Assembly (NCBI RefSeq): GCF_018350175.1
Contig: NC_058368.1
Location: forward strand, 184,080,001 to 184,144,000
Reading direction: 5' to 3'
Length of the DNA: 64,000 bases
Origin: Felis catus
Taxonomy: Eukaryota
Below are positions 52,790 to 64,000 of this stretch, piece after piece. How positions within the stretch are numbered: position 1 is the stretch's first letter; each line of letters starts with the position of its first letter. Under the pieces are notes generated by a model. It ran no database searches. It was not told where the DNA came from and saw only the letters and a list, made by a program, of their open reading frames with translations. A program made the translations under genes and the position numbers.

Positions 52790-52990
52790 ACTCCCCGTTA
52801 TTCCTGGTGTTGACTATGTTTTCCTCACTGTCCGTATAATGACCATTTTTTTAAAGGCTTACATTTTTCACTAGATTGTAAGCTCCCTGAAGGCAAGGGC
52901 CATGTAAGTCTTATTTACTATTTAATGCCTCATGCCTAGCAAGAAGGAGATGCTCCACCAATATTTATAGGAAGGGTGGAAGGAAGCATG
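52790..52990 (+). mobile_element. L2 LINE 3' end
   Basis: CACTAGATTGTAAGCTCCCTGAAGGCAAGGGCCATGT...TGCCTAGCA. Confidence 0.8.
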
Positions 52991-55900
52991 AAGAAAGGAA
53001 ATAAAGGGATACAAATTAAGCAAGAGACTAATAGAGACTATTTAGAGGAACTTGGCCAAGGTGGCAATGAAACCAAAACCACACCCACTGAACCCTAAAT
53101 ACAGAATCCCACTGGAACTTGTTGGCTGTATTCAAATTAAGGAAAAGGAAAAAAAATAGAAGTGTCTTGAAAAGAAGATTAGATGGAAATTAAACTGACT
53201 GGAGCATAATCCCAGCTGTGTGACTTGATTAATTGGTCTGACATCTCTGCTGCTCCGAATCGTCAGCCAGAGAATGGCGGCTCTCAGGCCACCCTCCCAG
53301 AGTGATGGGGAGAACGAATGAGATGGCACACAGGGAGTCCTGCCATGTGAAGGGTTAGAAAGTAGTCCTTAGGGAGATAAAATGAAAGGGCCACTATGTT
53401 GAAGCCAGAAGGAGGAAGCGTTTTGCCATAGGGAAGATGCTTCTAGTAACCTGAGCTGTGGTGATGGACTGTGTGTGCCCCCTAAGACACAGACTTATCA
53501 CTTCAGGTGTTGTGTCTTCGGCCAGCAAACCACTGAGGATACTGTAAAGTGGGTCATGTTAACAGAATAGTAATTGCACTAGATGATCCGTTAGGTCTCT
53601 GCCATTTCCTAAGACTGTATTATTGTATCAACCTGTGACATGAATAGTAATCATACGTGGAATAATTATTCACAAGAAGAATGTCCTATTTACCTAGAAT
53701 ACCAACAACTAAAAAGCTTAGCGGTAATTTTAGTGTGACAATGTTCAGAAAGATAAACTTTATACATAGTTGATTATATTTTTAATTGCCATAGCAAAAT
53801 GAAACTAAATGTGGCATACTTTGTATTTTATAATATTTTTATAGTTAGAAGAATAAATCCATTTTAATCTGAATACTCAAACAGAAATGTCCCTTCTCTT
53901 ACCATTCTAGGTCAGCAAGAATTTGGTGATTATAAAGAGATTCCCGATATTTGTATTTTGGAACTTCAAACATTACAAGATGATATGTATCCCAAAGCTG
54001 ATGTTATGATAATCTAAATCTGAATTTAGGCAATCTGTTTTCATAAATGTTACTACATTTTATTCAATTTGGGTGGTTTATCTTTAATAACATTTAACCT
54101 TTTAACTTGGACCCAAAAATGCTTTTGTTAGGGAAAATAGCCTAAATTTTCTTAAATTATTACCTCACTTAAAGAATAATAAAATTAATTTTTTTTTGCA
54201 TAATAGAATTGCCTTTTTTTGTAGCTCTAAGCTTTAAACTTCATGACAGTAAAATTAAAGGGAAAGGAAGTAAAAGAGACTTAAAAGAACATATAGTACA
54301 AGAATAATCATTTTTAAATCAAGTATAACAATGCAAGATACAATTACTAGAATCCCATGTATTATTACCTACCCAGGTGTGCATAGGATAACTATTAATG
54401 ACTGACGCATGTTTATGTTCTAAATAATTATGTAGACATTTTCTAGAACAAAGGATATATGCCATGTCAAGTCATTTTTCTGCTTCTTAAAAATAAAGTC
54501 AAGTGCCTTAATTTTCAATGACAGCTATAAAATGACTAATTGCTATAAAAGAAAATGATACACTAGTCTAAAGATATAATATGAACCATACTCTCTTAGG
54601 TGAATAGCTTAAGAAAAACACTTTAAATACTAATAGCTCTACTCAAATATTATGTTACCGAAACACAGTATTTTACCTTACTTTTACAGTCGATAAGTAA
54701 ATATGACCAACATCAGAATATTCTGATGTTAACTGAAGAGAAATCTGAATAGGAGGGACAATATACTTCTAGAAAAATTAGAAAAGTATACTTCTGGTAA
54801 AATTAATTTCTTTAAGAGTATAGGTTTGTTTCACTAATTCTCACTGAGCTTAAAAGGACATTTACTATCTTTCTTTCAGAAGCCACAAATAAAAAAAAGT
54901 GGTCCTCTTGAACTTGTAAGAGTTCAAGTTACAGCTTTGAATTATAACTAGGTAGTTTCCTGACAAACTAAGATTTTACTAACAGAATATTAAGGATGAT
55001 TACTAATCAGAGGACCAAGTGAAGCATGTTTAAGGATAAACAACAGTTGATTCTATCACTGATGAAACTGAATTCCAGAAAAACTTTAATACTTCCCGTG
55101 ACTAACGGATGATGGCCAATCAAATCAATTGTCAAAAACCTAACAACATTGCAAGTTGGGATTTTTTTTTGTTTAAATTAAAACCTTTATTTGACTTCTC
55201 TGTTCTCATTTAGGGACACAAATTTAGCTAGTGTCCTTATTGCCTTATAAACAAACCACTTCATTTCAAGTGGCATGTGCCTGTGCCAAAATATCACACA
55301 CACCATGCCACAATTCCCTGATCTGACTATTAAAGAGACAAAGTGCATTCTTTTAGACTGAGATATCTCCATGAAAAATCTTTCCTTTCCTGACAAAGAC
55401 AAAAGGTTAGATCAGATATACAGCATCAGAGGAGCATTATCTTTTCAAGTGGCTGGAATACATTAATACAGGGAGGAATTTTTCAGTTAAAATTTTAAAT
55501 ATGGTCAAAGGAAAGTTTTTATACCTGTTATTTACATTACTTTTGCCACATGGTTAAAAATAAGAAGAATAAATCTTGGTGAGTATTCTGAGGCATAGTG
55601 GAAGAAATCCAATTTAATTAGGAAAAAACACTGCTCATTGGGGGTTGGAAAAATAGGACTTTGAAAAAAGCATAAACCACTATCAAATCCGGTTTGTGAT
55701 TAATAAGCAATGAATTCTTCCTTGACAGATATGCACTGTTGGTTATTTATTGAAGTTTCTTAGTTTATGCTCTACATGGCATTCTCTTTATTTTTAAAGA
55801 CTAAGTGTAAAACTCTTTTCCTTGTTTACATCCACGTTTATTTTACTCTTAACAAGATAAATAACAATGAGACTAGGGATGCTTATGCATGAAATGTCTT

Positions 55901-56309
55901 TAGGCTGCAAGAATTGGTTAATTACCTCCATCCTTCCCTTATTTCAGTCTTTAGCCAGAAAAAAAAAAATCCAGAATAAATATGATCTGACTCAGAGCTC
56001 TTCTTTGTAAAACATGGAAGTTCAACATGAAAGAAGAATATGTTGGGAGCTGAAAGTTTTTCCTTTCAGTGGATTCTGATCATGGGAGCTCTGAAGATGG
56101 TTTTCTTGCATAAATCACACCCCTAAAACACTGGGTAAAAGTTCAAGGTTGGGTTTTTTTGAAGGGCAAATGAGAACAATGCATGGAAAGTAATCGGAGT
56201 ACAGAATTTGTCTAGACTTTTTAAATGCCATTATGAAAACTTTAAAATATCCTTAAAGTTACAAAATATATCACTCAGATTCAACAATTATCAAGAATTA
56301 ACCACACTT

Positions 56310-56409
56310 GGGGCACCTGACTGACTCAGTTGGTAGAATATGTGACTCTTGATGAGTTCAAGCTCTACACTGGGTGTGGAGCCTGGTTAAAATAAAACAA
56401 ACCAATAAA
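56310..56409 (+). mobile_element. Short Can-SINE without CT tract (old type)
   Basis: GGGGCACCTGACTGACTCAG head; TSD AAGAATT(A/C)ACCACACTT. Confidence 0.88.
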
Positions 56410-56843
56410 AAGAATTCACCACACTTATTTTTGTGTTTTTTTGAAACTGAATTGACATACTATAAGCAACACTATTCACTACTCCTCCTCATTAAAACTT
56501 TAGTAGGCATCTCTAAAATTACGAATATTTTATAATATTTATGATATTTACACTGACATTAAAAAATTAACATTAATTCCTTGATGTCATTTAATACTTG
56601 GTTTATGTTCAGTTTTTTGACTAGGGGAAAAGATGCTTTTATTTTCTAAAATAGACAAAGAGTAAACAAAAAACTATTTAAGAAACTATTAAAGAAACTA
56701 TCCCCAAACTGTTAAATAAGATCCCAAAGTACAAGCTTTAAAATGAAAAGCCAATGTATCTGTTCATATAAAAGATAAGGACTTCTCTCAGTGAAGGCAC
56801 CATAATATTATCTAACACTTGCAACATCTAAAACTACCAAGAT

Positions 56844-56846
<3 letters not shown>

Positions 56847-56890
<44 letters not shown>
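56847..56890. repeat. (AC)22 microsatellite
   Basis: Direct reading. Confidence 0.97.
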
Positions 56891-56894
<4 letters not shown>

Positions 56895-57249
56895 CAAAAA
56901 CAAATAAGCAAACAAAAAGTTCTAAATTTTCTACACAGAGAAATTTCTCAAATTCATCTGTCTCACACAGCTAACATAAGGAAGAAGTAACCAAAAATTC
57001 TAGCCTGATATTAAATAATGTTTACTGTATTTATATGCCATATTTTAATAGTTGATTTGGATCTTTCAATAGTATTTAAAAAGGAAGATATCAGAGAGCA
57101 AAGGTTCTATTACATGTAAAAGAAAGATATTTCTAGTATTTTCCACCAGAAAAGCATTCTCAGTGGATATCCAACTTGATTTGTACCTTAGCTATTTTAT
57201 AGTTTATTTCTTTTGATTAAATGATGAAATAAATAACAGTGGCAGCAAG

Positions 57250-57470
57250 AATATTAAACTCATTAAGCAGCTACTATGTGTCAAATACCAACTAAATGCA
57301 TTACATGGATTATCCCATTTAAATTGCACAGCAATTTTGTGGGGGAGGTATTGTTATTCCATACCTTCATAGGTGAAAATCCTAGTTTATAGAAGTTATG
57401 TAAATTAACTGAATTTTCACCAGGAAGAAGTAGGTCAGGATTAGAATACCAAAATCTGGCAACATCTATG
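57250..57470 (-). mobile_element. MIR SINE fragment
   Basis: CTACTATGTGTCAAATAC...TTACATGGATTATCCCATTTAA. Confidence 0.7.
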
Positions 57471-57569
57471 CTGTTTTGTTTTTCCTTTTTATGATTATTT
57501 TTGTTTGTTTACTTATCAATAACTAAGAAAACTATATGGTTCAAACTCCAAAAAGCATACAAAGATGAT

Positions 57570-57725
57570 GGAGCAATGGGTGAAATAGAAGATGGGGATT
57601 AAGGAGGGCACTTGTGATGAGCACCAGTTGACGTATGTAGGTACTGAATCACCATATTGTATATCTGAAACTAATATAACATTGTATGTTAACTAACTGG
57701 AATTAAAATAAAAACTTTTTTTAAA
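57570..57725 (+). mobile_element. Carnivore L1 3' end (5'-truncated)
   Basis: GATGGGGATTAAGGAGGGCACTTGTGATGAGCAC...CTGAAACTAATATAACATTGTATGTTAACTAACTGGAATTAAAATAAAAAC. Confidence 0.88.
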
Positions 57726-58222
57726 GGATAAAAAGATATGCTCTGAAAAGATGTCCTTTGACTCCTGGTTTTCTTCCAACTTATACTCATACCACTAGTT
57801 TTCCTTTTTTGTTTATACTTCTAGAAGACTTAGGAATACCCACGAGCCTATATGCACACATGTGTGTATGTGTATATTCTTCTTCCTCCCCTTTCTTATG
57901 AGAGGGCTGACAGAGTTTTCATCCTTTTATGTATATTTCTAAAATACATATCTTACATTTATTTGAATATTTGCACATTTTGTCCTAATGAATTTTGCAG
58001 CTACATAGTATTCAATGAAATACATATGCCATATTTCGGTTAACTAGTCCCATCACGTGGGAATTTAGCCTTTCTCAATCATTTTCTTTTGAAAACAATA
58101 TTGAAAACCTCTATCAGGTTTTATTCATAAGTGACTACAATAGCCGAAAGATAAATCTCCATCAAGTGTGTCAATTTCCTGAGATTTGGAGTCATCTGTT
58201 ACAACAGTAGCATTACTTGAGT

Positions 58223-58667
58223 TGTGGTGTATTAATTGCACTGATGGTTCCAACTAATGCCCTCTCTGCAATCTTGCACTTTGATTGAGCCCTACCACAC
58301 AGAAACTGATTTGACTGTGTTAACTGTTCCGGTCAATTGGGCAATAAAAAATTTGACCCCAGCAGTGACTTCACAGTAAACTTGCACATTTATACTTCTT
58401 TTGTATACTAGCTATTGTTATGGGATCATGTCTGGGTTAAGCTGCAAACATCTACAGTATTGAAAACCATGTGCAGAACTGACTCATCTCAGCCAGCACT
58501 ATCCTAGACCAGTCAACTCCTGGCTAACTGACTATGTGACTAGAGATATATGAGCAAGCCCAAGTTTCACAGCCATGACTAGAACAAACAATTAATAGAC
58601 TTTTGAGGGAAAAAAAAACCCACTAAATTTTGCATGATTTGTTATGCAGCAAGAGCTAACAGATACA
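58223..58667 (+). mobile_element. MaLR solo LTR (MLT1-like)
   Basis: TG...CA ends; 3' CCACTAAATTTTG...TTTGTTATGCAGCAAGAGCTAACAGATACA. Confidence 0.75.
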
Positions 58668-59321
58668 GCACATCCAGACTAGTATATTAACTAATCCCTA
58701 TTTCATTCAAATAAGCTATTCTCTTTGCTCCTCACTCATCCCTGTATTGCTTAAATTCTTTAAAAATGTGTGTAACAAATATTGTTGTTTGTTGTGTGTT
58801 TCTTTTGTTAGCAAAGTACCAACACAAGTATAAATTTGTCTTAGTTTAGCCCTCATCATGATGAATCTGTTTCAAGCATTGTTTCTCATTATTGTCAATA
58901 AAATTTTATCTCTACACCACCATCCCATTTTATTATGAGAAAAATGAACAATCACCACAACTAAAGAAAAACTAGTTACTTCAATAACTGTGTGAAAAAC
59001 ACCATGATGAATTATTTAGGCTTCTTTTCCATTAGTAAGAATGAAGAATGCATGTCTGAAAGAGAAAATGAGCTATCAAGTGTTAGAACAATTGAGTCTA
59101 ATCAAGTTGGTAATGTTTATCCACTAGATGATGCTCAAGAGAAAACTTGGAACTGGAGAGAGAGATTTATGAATTCTTTACAGTGACATGATCTTGAAGC
59201 TCTGAATCTGAAAGGGATTAATAAAGGATATCATGGATCTGAATAAATAAAGGCAAAAAAAAAAGCATTATGGCAAACAATCTCATTTAGTTGGATGCAA
59301 CTGTGAAAATGTCTTCTATGA

Positions 59322-59500
59322 CAGTTGTTCTTAACCATCTAAAGTCATGCTATATTAGAATCTGATGAAAGCTGAAACATACAAAATGTACATGTTTACA
59401 TATCCATCAGGTATTGCTATGATTTATAATAGTGCACAGACAGGGACCCATCCATGGACAGAATCTAGATCAATAATCTGCCCCAGGTTAAGATGCCTTG
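59322..59500. mobile_element. hAT-Charlie MITE remnant
   Basis: CAGTTGTTCTTAACC / GGTTAAGATGCCTTG ends; internal AGAATCTGATGAAAGCT. Confidence 0.5.
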
Positions 59501-61389
59501 CCGGAGAAGAGTACTTCTAATTCACATTCTTTTCTGAAATCCAGATTTTTGAAGAGCATATGTCACCCTGGAAATGTATATATTTTTCTGGAGCTACAAA
59601 AATCTATTAAATGGAAGGAAAACTGATAGACTTTAAAATATTTTGACAACTTAGAATATTTCTGTTCAGTTACCTAGAATATTACTGTTTTAGGAACCTG
59701 ATGTTTGGAACAGACATGTTGTGTTCATGTATCCACATGTGTCCTTTTCCACTCCAGGCCTTAACTACAGTCAAAAGAAGATGATGGATGTTTTATTTTC
59801 TAAGAACCATATTAAATAACAATGACAAAATTCCATCTACAATGCACTTCAAGAAAGAAATATAAAAGGTTTGCTTTACTAATGAAAATAAGGTGATGTC
59901 AGTTTCTGTAAGGATTATCAAAGATTGGGGTCTTGTGAATTTTAGTTAATTTAATAATTTTAACATTTCACATTCAAAATAAAATTAACCTGTGTGAGTG
60001 TGTATGTGTGTGTAAGTCTCCTATGTTTGAGGCCCTCTCTTACTCTTCATGAATCATTGACCTAATCAACTAATCAATCTATTCAACTAAATGCTGAAAA
60101 CTAGTTACATTATAGAGAGATAGCCTAATAATATTTGTGCTGGCATTTACGTGCACTGCATGAATTTCACATATGCTCCATTGACTCTCACCCCAAATTA
60201 TAAGATAAGCACAATTATTATACTTATTTTACAGAATAGGAAACAAAAGCCATCCCAGTATAACACAGAGCTAGAAAGAAGCGGAGTATATGAAACCCAG
60301 AAATCCAAGCTCATTTTCTAAAAGACTTTTTGGGAGATGGCTTTCTTAAGTAACAGCTATTAGGTCTGAAATGAATTTCTGTAAGAATGCCAAGCATGGG
60401 TTAGAGTTGAAGAGTAGTTTCATCTCTATCATCTATTAGATTATAGCTAAGGTATAAGTTAAATCCATATATCCTCCATGACTAGGTGAGGCAGGACCCT
60501 GATAGCACCTAGGATTTGAGCTGTAGTAGTACTTGGTATGTTGACAATCAGTTCTGGGGTTCCTAACCATTCACTCAACACTGGGTTATGCATGACTGTG
60601 GCTATGGGCTAACAGACACCCTGCTAAATGACTGTCCACTACTGTACTAGTAACACCGAGCATTTAACTTTGCCTACAGTAGGTGCTCCAATGTTTACTG
60701 AAATCTGTAATATGGAATGAAAGTTCATACAATTTGATATTGGACATGTAGGATAGAAATTGGCATGGTGATTAGGGGAACCCAAGAATATACCACCTGC
60801 AAACTTCTTAGAAATAAACTCAGGGTTATTAATTTACACAATAGATAGTTTCCTGAAAAGCAGCTTGAAAAATCACACCTTTTGCAGTCCAATCATATTT
60901 TCTATCGATTTACATTATCTCCTCGGAGCTCTTAGCCTTCATTTTGGATTGATCTTCAGTTGGCTCAATTTGTCTTTAATTGAACTTCTCTGCTACTTCC
61001 TCTTCTAATTTACCTACTCCCATCTCAAGTAGTTAGTGATCTAAGCAACCACTACACATACAAATATTCCACTCCTAATGTATGTAATAGATATAGAATT
61101 ATATCTAATATACAGCAACTAATAGAAAAGATTTTTTCCTAATAATATTTTAAGTTTCCATATCAACATTCTTAAAAGAGAGATTTACTTCTTTTTCTAT
61201 AGCAGTAGTCATTTGGGGAAAGTTTATTATTGAATAACCGAAGTATTGAGTTACTTAAACCACAGAAATTACAAACTAACATTGTTCTTTAACAGTGAAT
61301 TTCATTTCACTTCAAATTAATTTTCACACCCTTTTCATCAGTTTTCTGTATATTCCATGGAAAGCATTGCTCATTCACAGGTAATTAAA

Positions 61390-61610
61390 TTGTAGTGCAG
61401 AAAAATAATAAAAGTCATGGCCTAGGTTCAAATTCAATCTCAGTCCTCACTGTATTTGTGTCTTTGGGCTAATATTAAACTTCTTGGTCTCTAATCATCA
61501 CTAAATATTGCAGCAATAATAACTTACAGCACTTTTAAGAGAATAAGCTACAATAATAATTGTAATCCACTTTACACAGTTTCTGGTATATGGTAGCTGT
61601 GTTAATGTTG
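61390..61610 (+). mobile_element. MIR SINE fragment
   Basis: CCTAGGTTCAAATTC...TGTGTCTTTGGGC...ACAGTTTCTGGTATATGGTA. Confidence 0.65.
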
Positions 61611-63799
61611 TTTTTCTCATTACTTGTTTCATTAGTAAGTAAATACTGGCACATTTACTGGTATTTCTGATTCAAGCTTTACTGTCTAAACAAATTTGCT
61701 GGCTTTTAACAAGAAAATAATAATCTGTCTTAAGTTTTTATTGACTAGATTTAAAATCTAATGTTTTATAAATAATGGAACTTGGTTCAACAATACCAAA
61801 ATGAAATCTAACAATGGAATGTTGGTTTAATTCACAACCACCAATTAGAGTGTTGATTCACTCTCAATGCAAACTTTGCATTCGATAGGATTATCATTAG
61901 AATTTATGATGTTTGTGAGAACAAGACTCAGACAGTTGGAAGGTAAGTATGGAAAATGCTTTAAAGTATGAATTTGCTATGAATCATGAGAGGTGCACTG
62001 GCGCTAAATGTGTGTGTGTGTGGGGGGGGTGCATGTGCGGTAGAGTTACAACTACATCAACAAGTTTGTGAACTGTCAGAAAGGTGACAAATATTTCTGA
62101 TTTCCAAAGCAAAGTTAATGATATTAAAAATGAGTATTTCTTCCATTCACCAGCAATACTGAATACTATACTACAAAGATGTATATATATGTGCCCACCT
62201 TTATAAAATTATAAAATCTAGCCAAATAAATTATTCTGTACATCAAGCTTTATTTCTGTTTATTACTAGTTCACTTACATCTAATTAATAGCCATATTTA
62301 ACTTATTCCATATCTTGCTCTTCTAAGGTAAATTCACAAGTAGTTGAATCTTCCAGTACTCCCTCACTCTGAACTATAATTAATTTGGTGGTTTTACAGA
62401 AGGATGGTTTCCAGAGACCAGGATGGCAGGTGTCCAATGTAATAATTCCTATATTCTGAGTTTGGGTAAATGCGGAGCCAGAAGAGAAATACTCAAGTCT
62501 GCTTAATAGAAATTTACTATACCAGCTCCTCACCAATCAGATTGCCAATCGCACCTCATTAGTTTCCTAATTAAACTGTAAGTGTAATACATACATACAG
62601 ATCATGTTTTTGAGCTACTGAAATATTATATTCATTTTCCAAAAGGCTAATCACATTAAATTATTGAACCTAGGAAAAATAAAATTCTATACCTACAATA
62701 ATTCAAACTTGCCAGCATGAACCCATTTGTTTCAAAGAATAAAAAAAGTCTGTCAAATAACAATATTATTATTATTGGGAGATATTGTTGTCCTGTAGTG
62801 CTCAGATTTTAATTACAAAGTGAGCAACAAATATGACAAATAGCCAGTAAAATCAAATGACTATCTTTTGCCCGGTCAGCTTTCTTCTTATTTCCCTTTT
62901 TGATTATCCTTAAGAAAGCCTAAATGATTTTTTTTTAAATTCAAACCAAGACACAATTAAATACAAATGCCAAGTGAAGAGTGTGATAAAATTTTCAAGT
63001 GTATGGGCACAAAAGCTATTTCTGCAGTATCCTTGCTGGGTGAGTTCTTAAGTGGGAGATAGCTTTGATTTGACAATGGCTCATAAAAGTATTTCCATCA
63101 ATGGAAATACTGCAATGAGACCATAATTCCTGCCACTTAGAAACAAAGTCAGCATTCATTTCTCTGCACCTGTAGGGAATGGTACCAGAGGCATAAAGAA
63201 AAGTAACATTTTATTTAAGTACAAGAGAAGTAGTTAAATGCAATAGACTCTCTTCTTGACGTAATTGGAATTTTGTATAAGGAAAAGATGAGATTCTTAT
63301 CAGATGGATTGCATTTAGTGTTACATGGATTACAAGAATGCAAAAATATTCTTTTTTAAATTAGTAGAATATCAGACGAATCAATGAGTAAGGTAGACAT
63401 GGAAGGAGGTGTACAATTGAAGGAAAATATGGCCCTGAAAACCATTGAAAAGAATTCGTGAAGGCCTGGGTGTAGGTATGATTCCTTCAAGGCCAAATGA
63501 AGTTGTGTTGGGCACTTGGGGGAAAAGATGTTCTAGGTAAATGTATATGAGTTAGCATTCTAAATTCAGCATAGATTGGCACTTTGCATAAAGCAAATAA
63601 ATATTCCTTTCATACAATTTTGTAAATTCAGAAATACTTTACTTTCTACCAAAGCCACGATCCCCTCAAGTGGTAGTTGAATCATGTTTTATAATAGATA
63701 AAGCAATATTTCAAGGCAGATTTAAATTTTGCAATGATGGATTTGTGCTATCTTGTTTGAGATGGACTATTGTTGAGACTGTTTTTATTTTTTCATTGT

Positions 63800-64000
63800 T
63801 CATTTTTAGTAAAATTTTAATTTTAGAATACATTGAGATTTACAGAAAGGTCACGAAGATAGTACATAAAATTCCCATATATGCCACACCCAATTTTACC
63901 CGATACTAACATCTTACATTACTATGGCTCATTTGTCACAGTGAAGGAACCAACATCAGTACATTACTACTAAAGTGCATACTTTATTTAGCATTCCTTA
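63800..64000 (-). mobile_element. L1MB/L1MC-like 3' end, running off the window
   Basis: TTTTAGAATACATTGAGATTTACAGAAAG...GATAGTACA...TAACATCTTACATTACTATGG. Confidence 0.8.

Noticed and set aside
53911..54017. Acceptor CCCTTCTCTTACCATTCTAG followed by QQEFGDYKEIPDICILELQTLQDDMYPKADVMII*
   Set aside because: Unrecognised peptide, no supported upstream exon; likely chance
59121..59134. CTCF-like CCACTAGATGATGC
   Set aside because: Mismatches at the informative GC positions of the core motif
62303..62536. 77-aa minus-strand ORF
   Set aside because: Non-ATG start and no recognisable homology; region better explained as regulatory
1..64000. CRISPR array, operon, endogenous viral coding sequence or processed pseudogene
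   Set aside because: No repeat-spacer periodicity, no long ORFs, no gag/pol/env-like or mRNA-like tract recognised

Overview
AT-rich, non-coding mammalian genomic DNA from a feliform carnivore, most likely Felidae. The window carries about 19 tRNA-derived Can-SINEs of the cat type (SINEC_Fc-like; many retain target-site duplications, TSDs) and a carnivore L1 3' end. It also has the usual ancient eutherian repeats: L1M fragments, L2, MIR, MaLR/ERVL solo LTRs and hAT/mariner MITEs. One 1.28-kb internally deleted Tigger/pogo transposon retains transposase fragments. I found no recognisable protein-coding gene, RNA gene, CpG island or CRISPR; nearly all listed ORFs are SINE, microsatellite or chance ORFs. 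It reads like a large intron or gene desert with several repeat-free, motif-rich blocks that may be conserved enhancers. I cannot support a novel biological system. The best leads are a possible young SINE subfamily defined by four shared transversions, a nested SINE pile-up, candidate enhancers and two weak candidate exons. Repeat family names come from recalled consensus sequences, and boundaries of old repeats are approximate.
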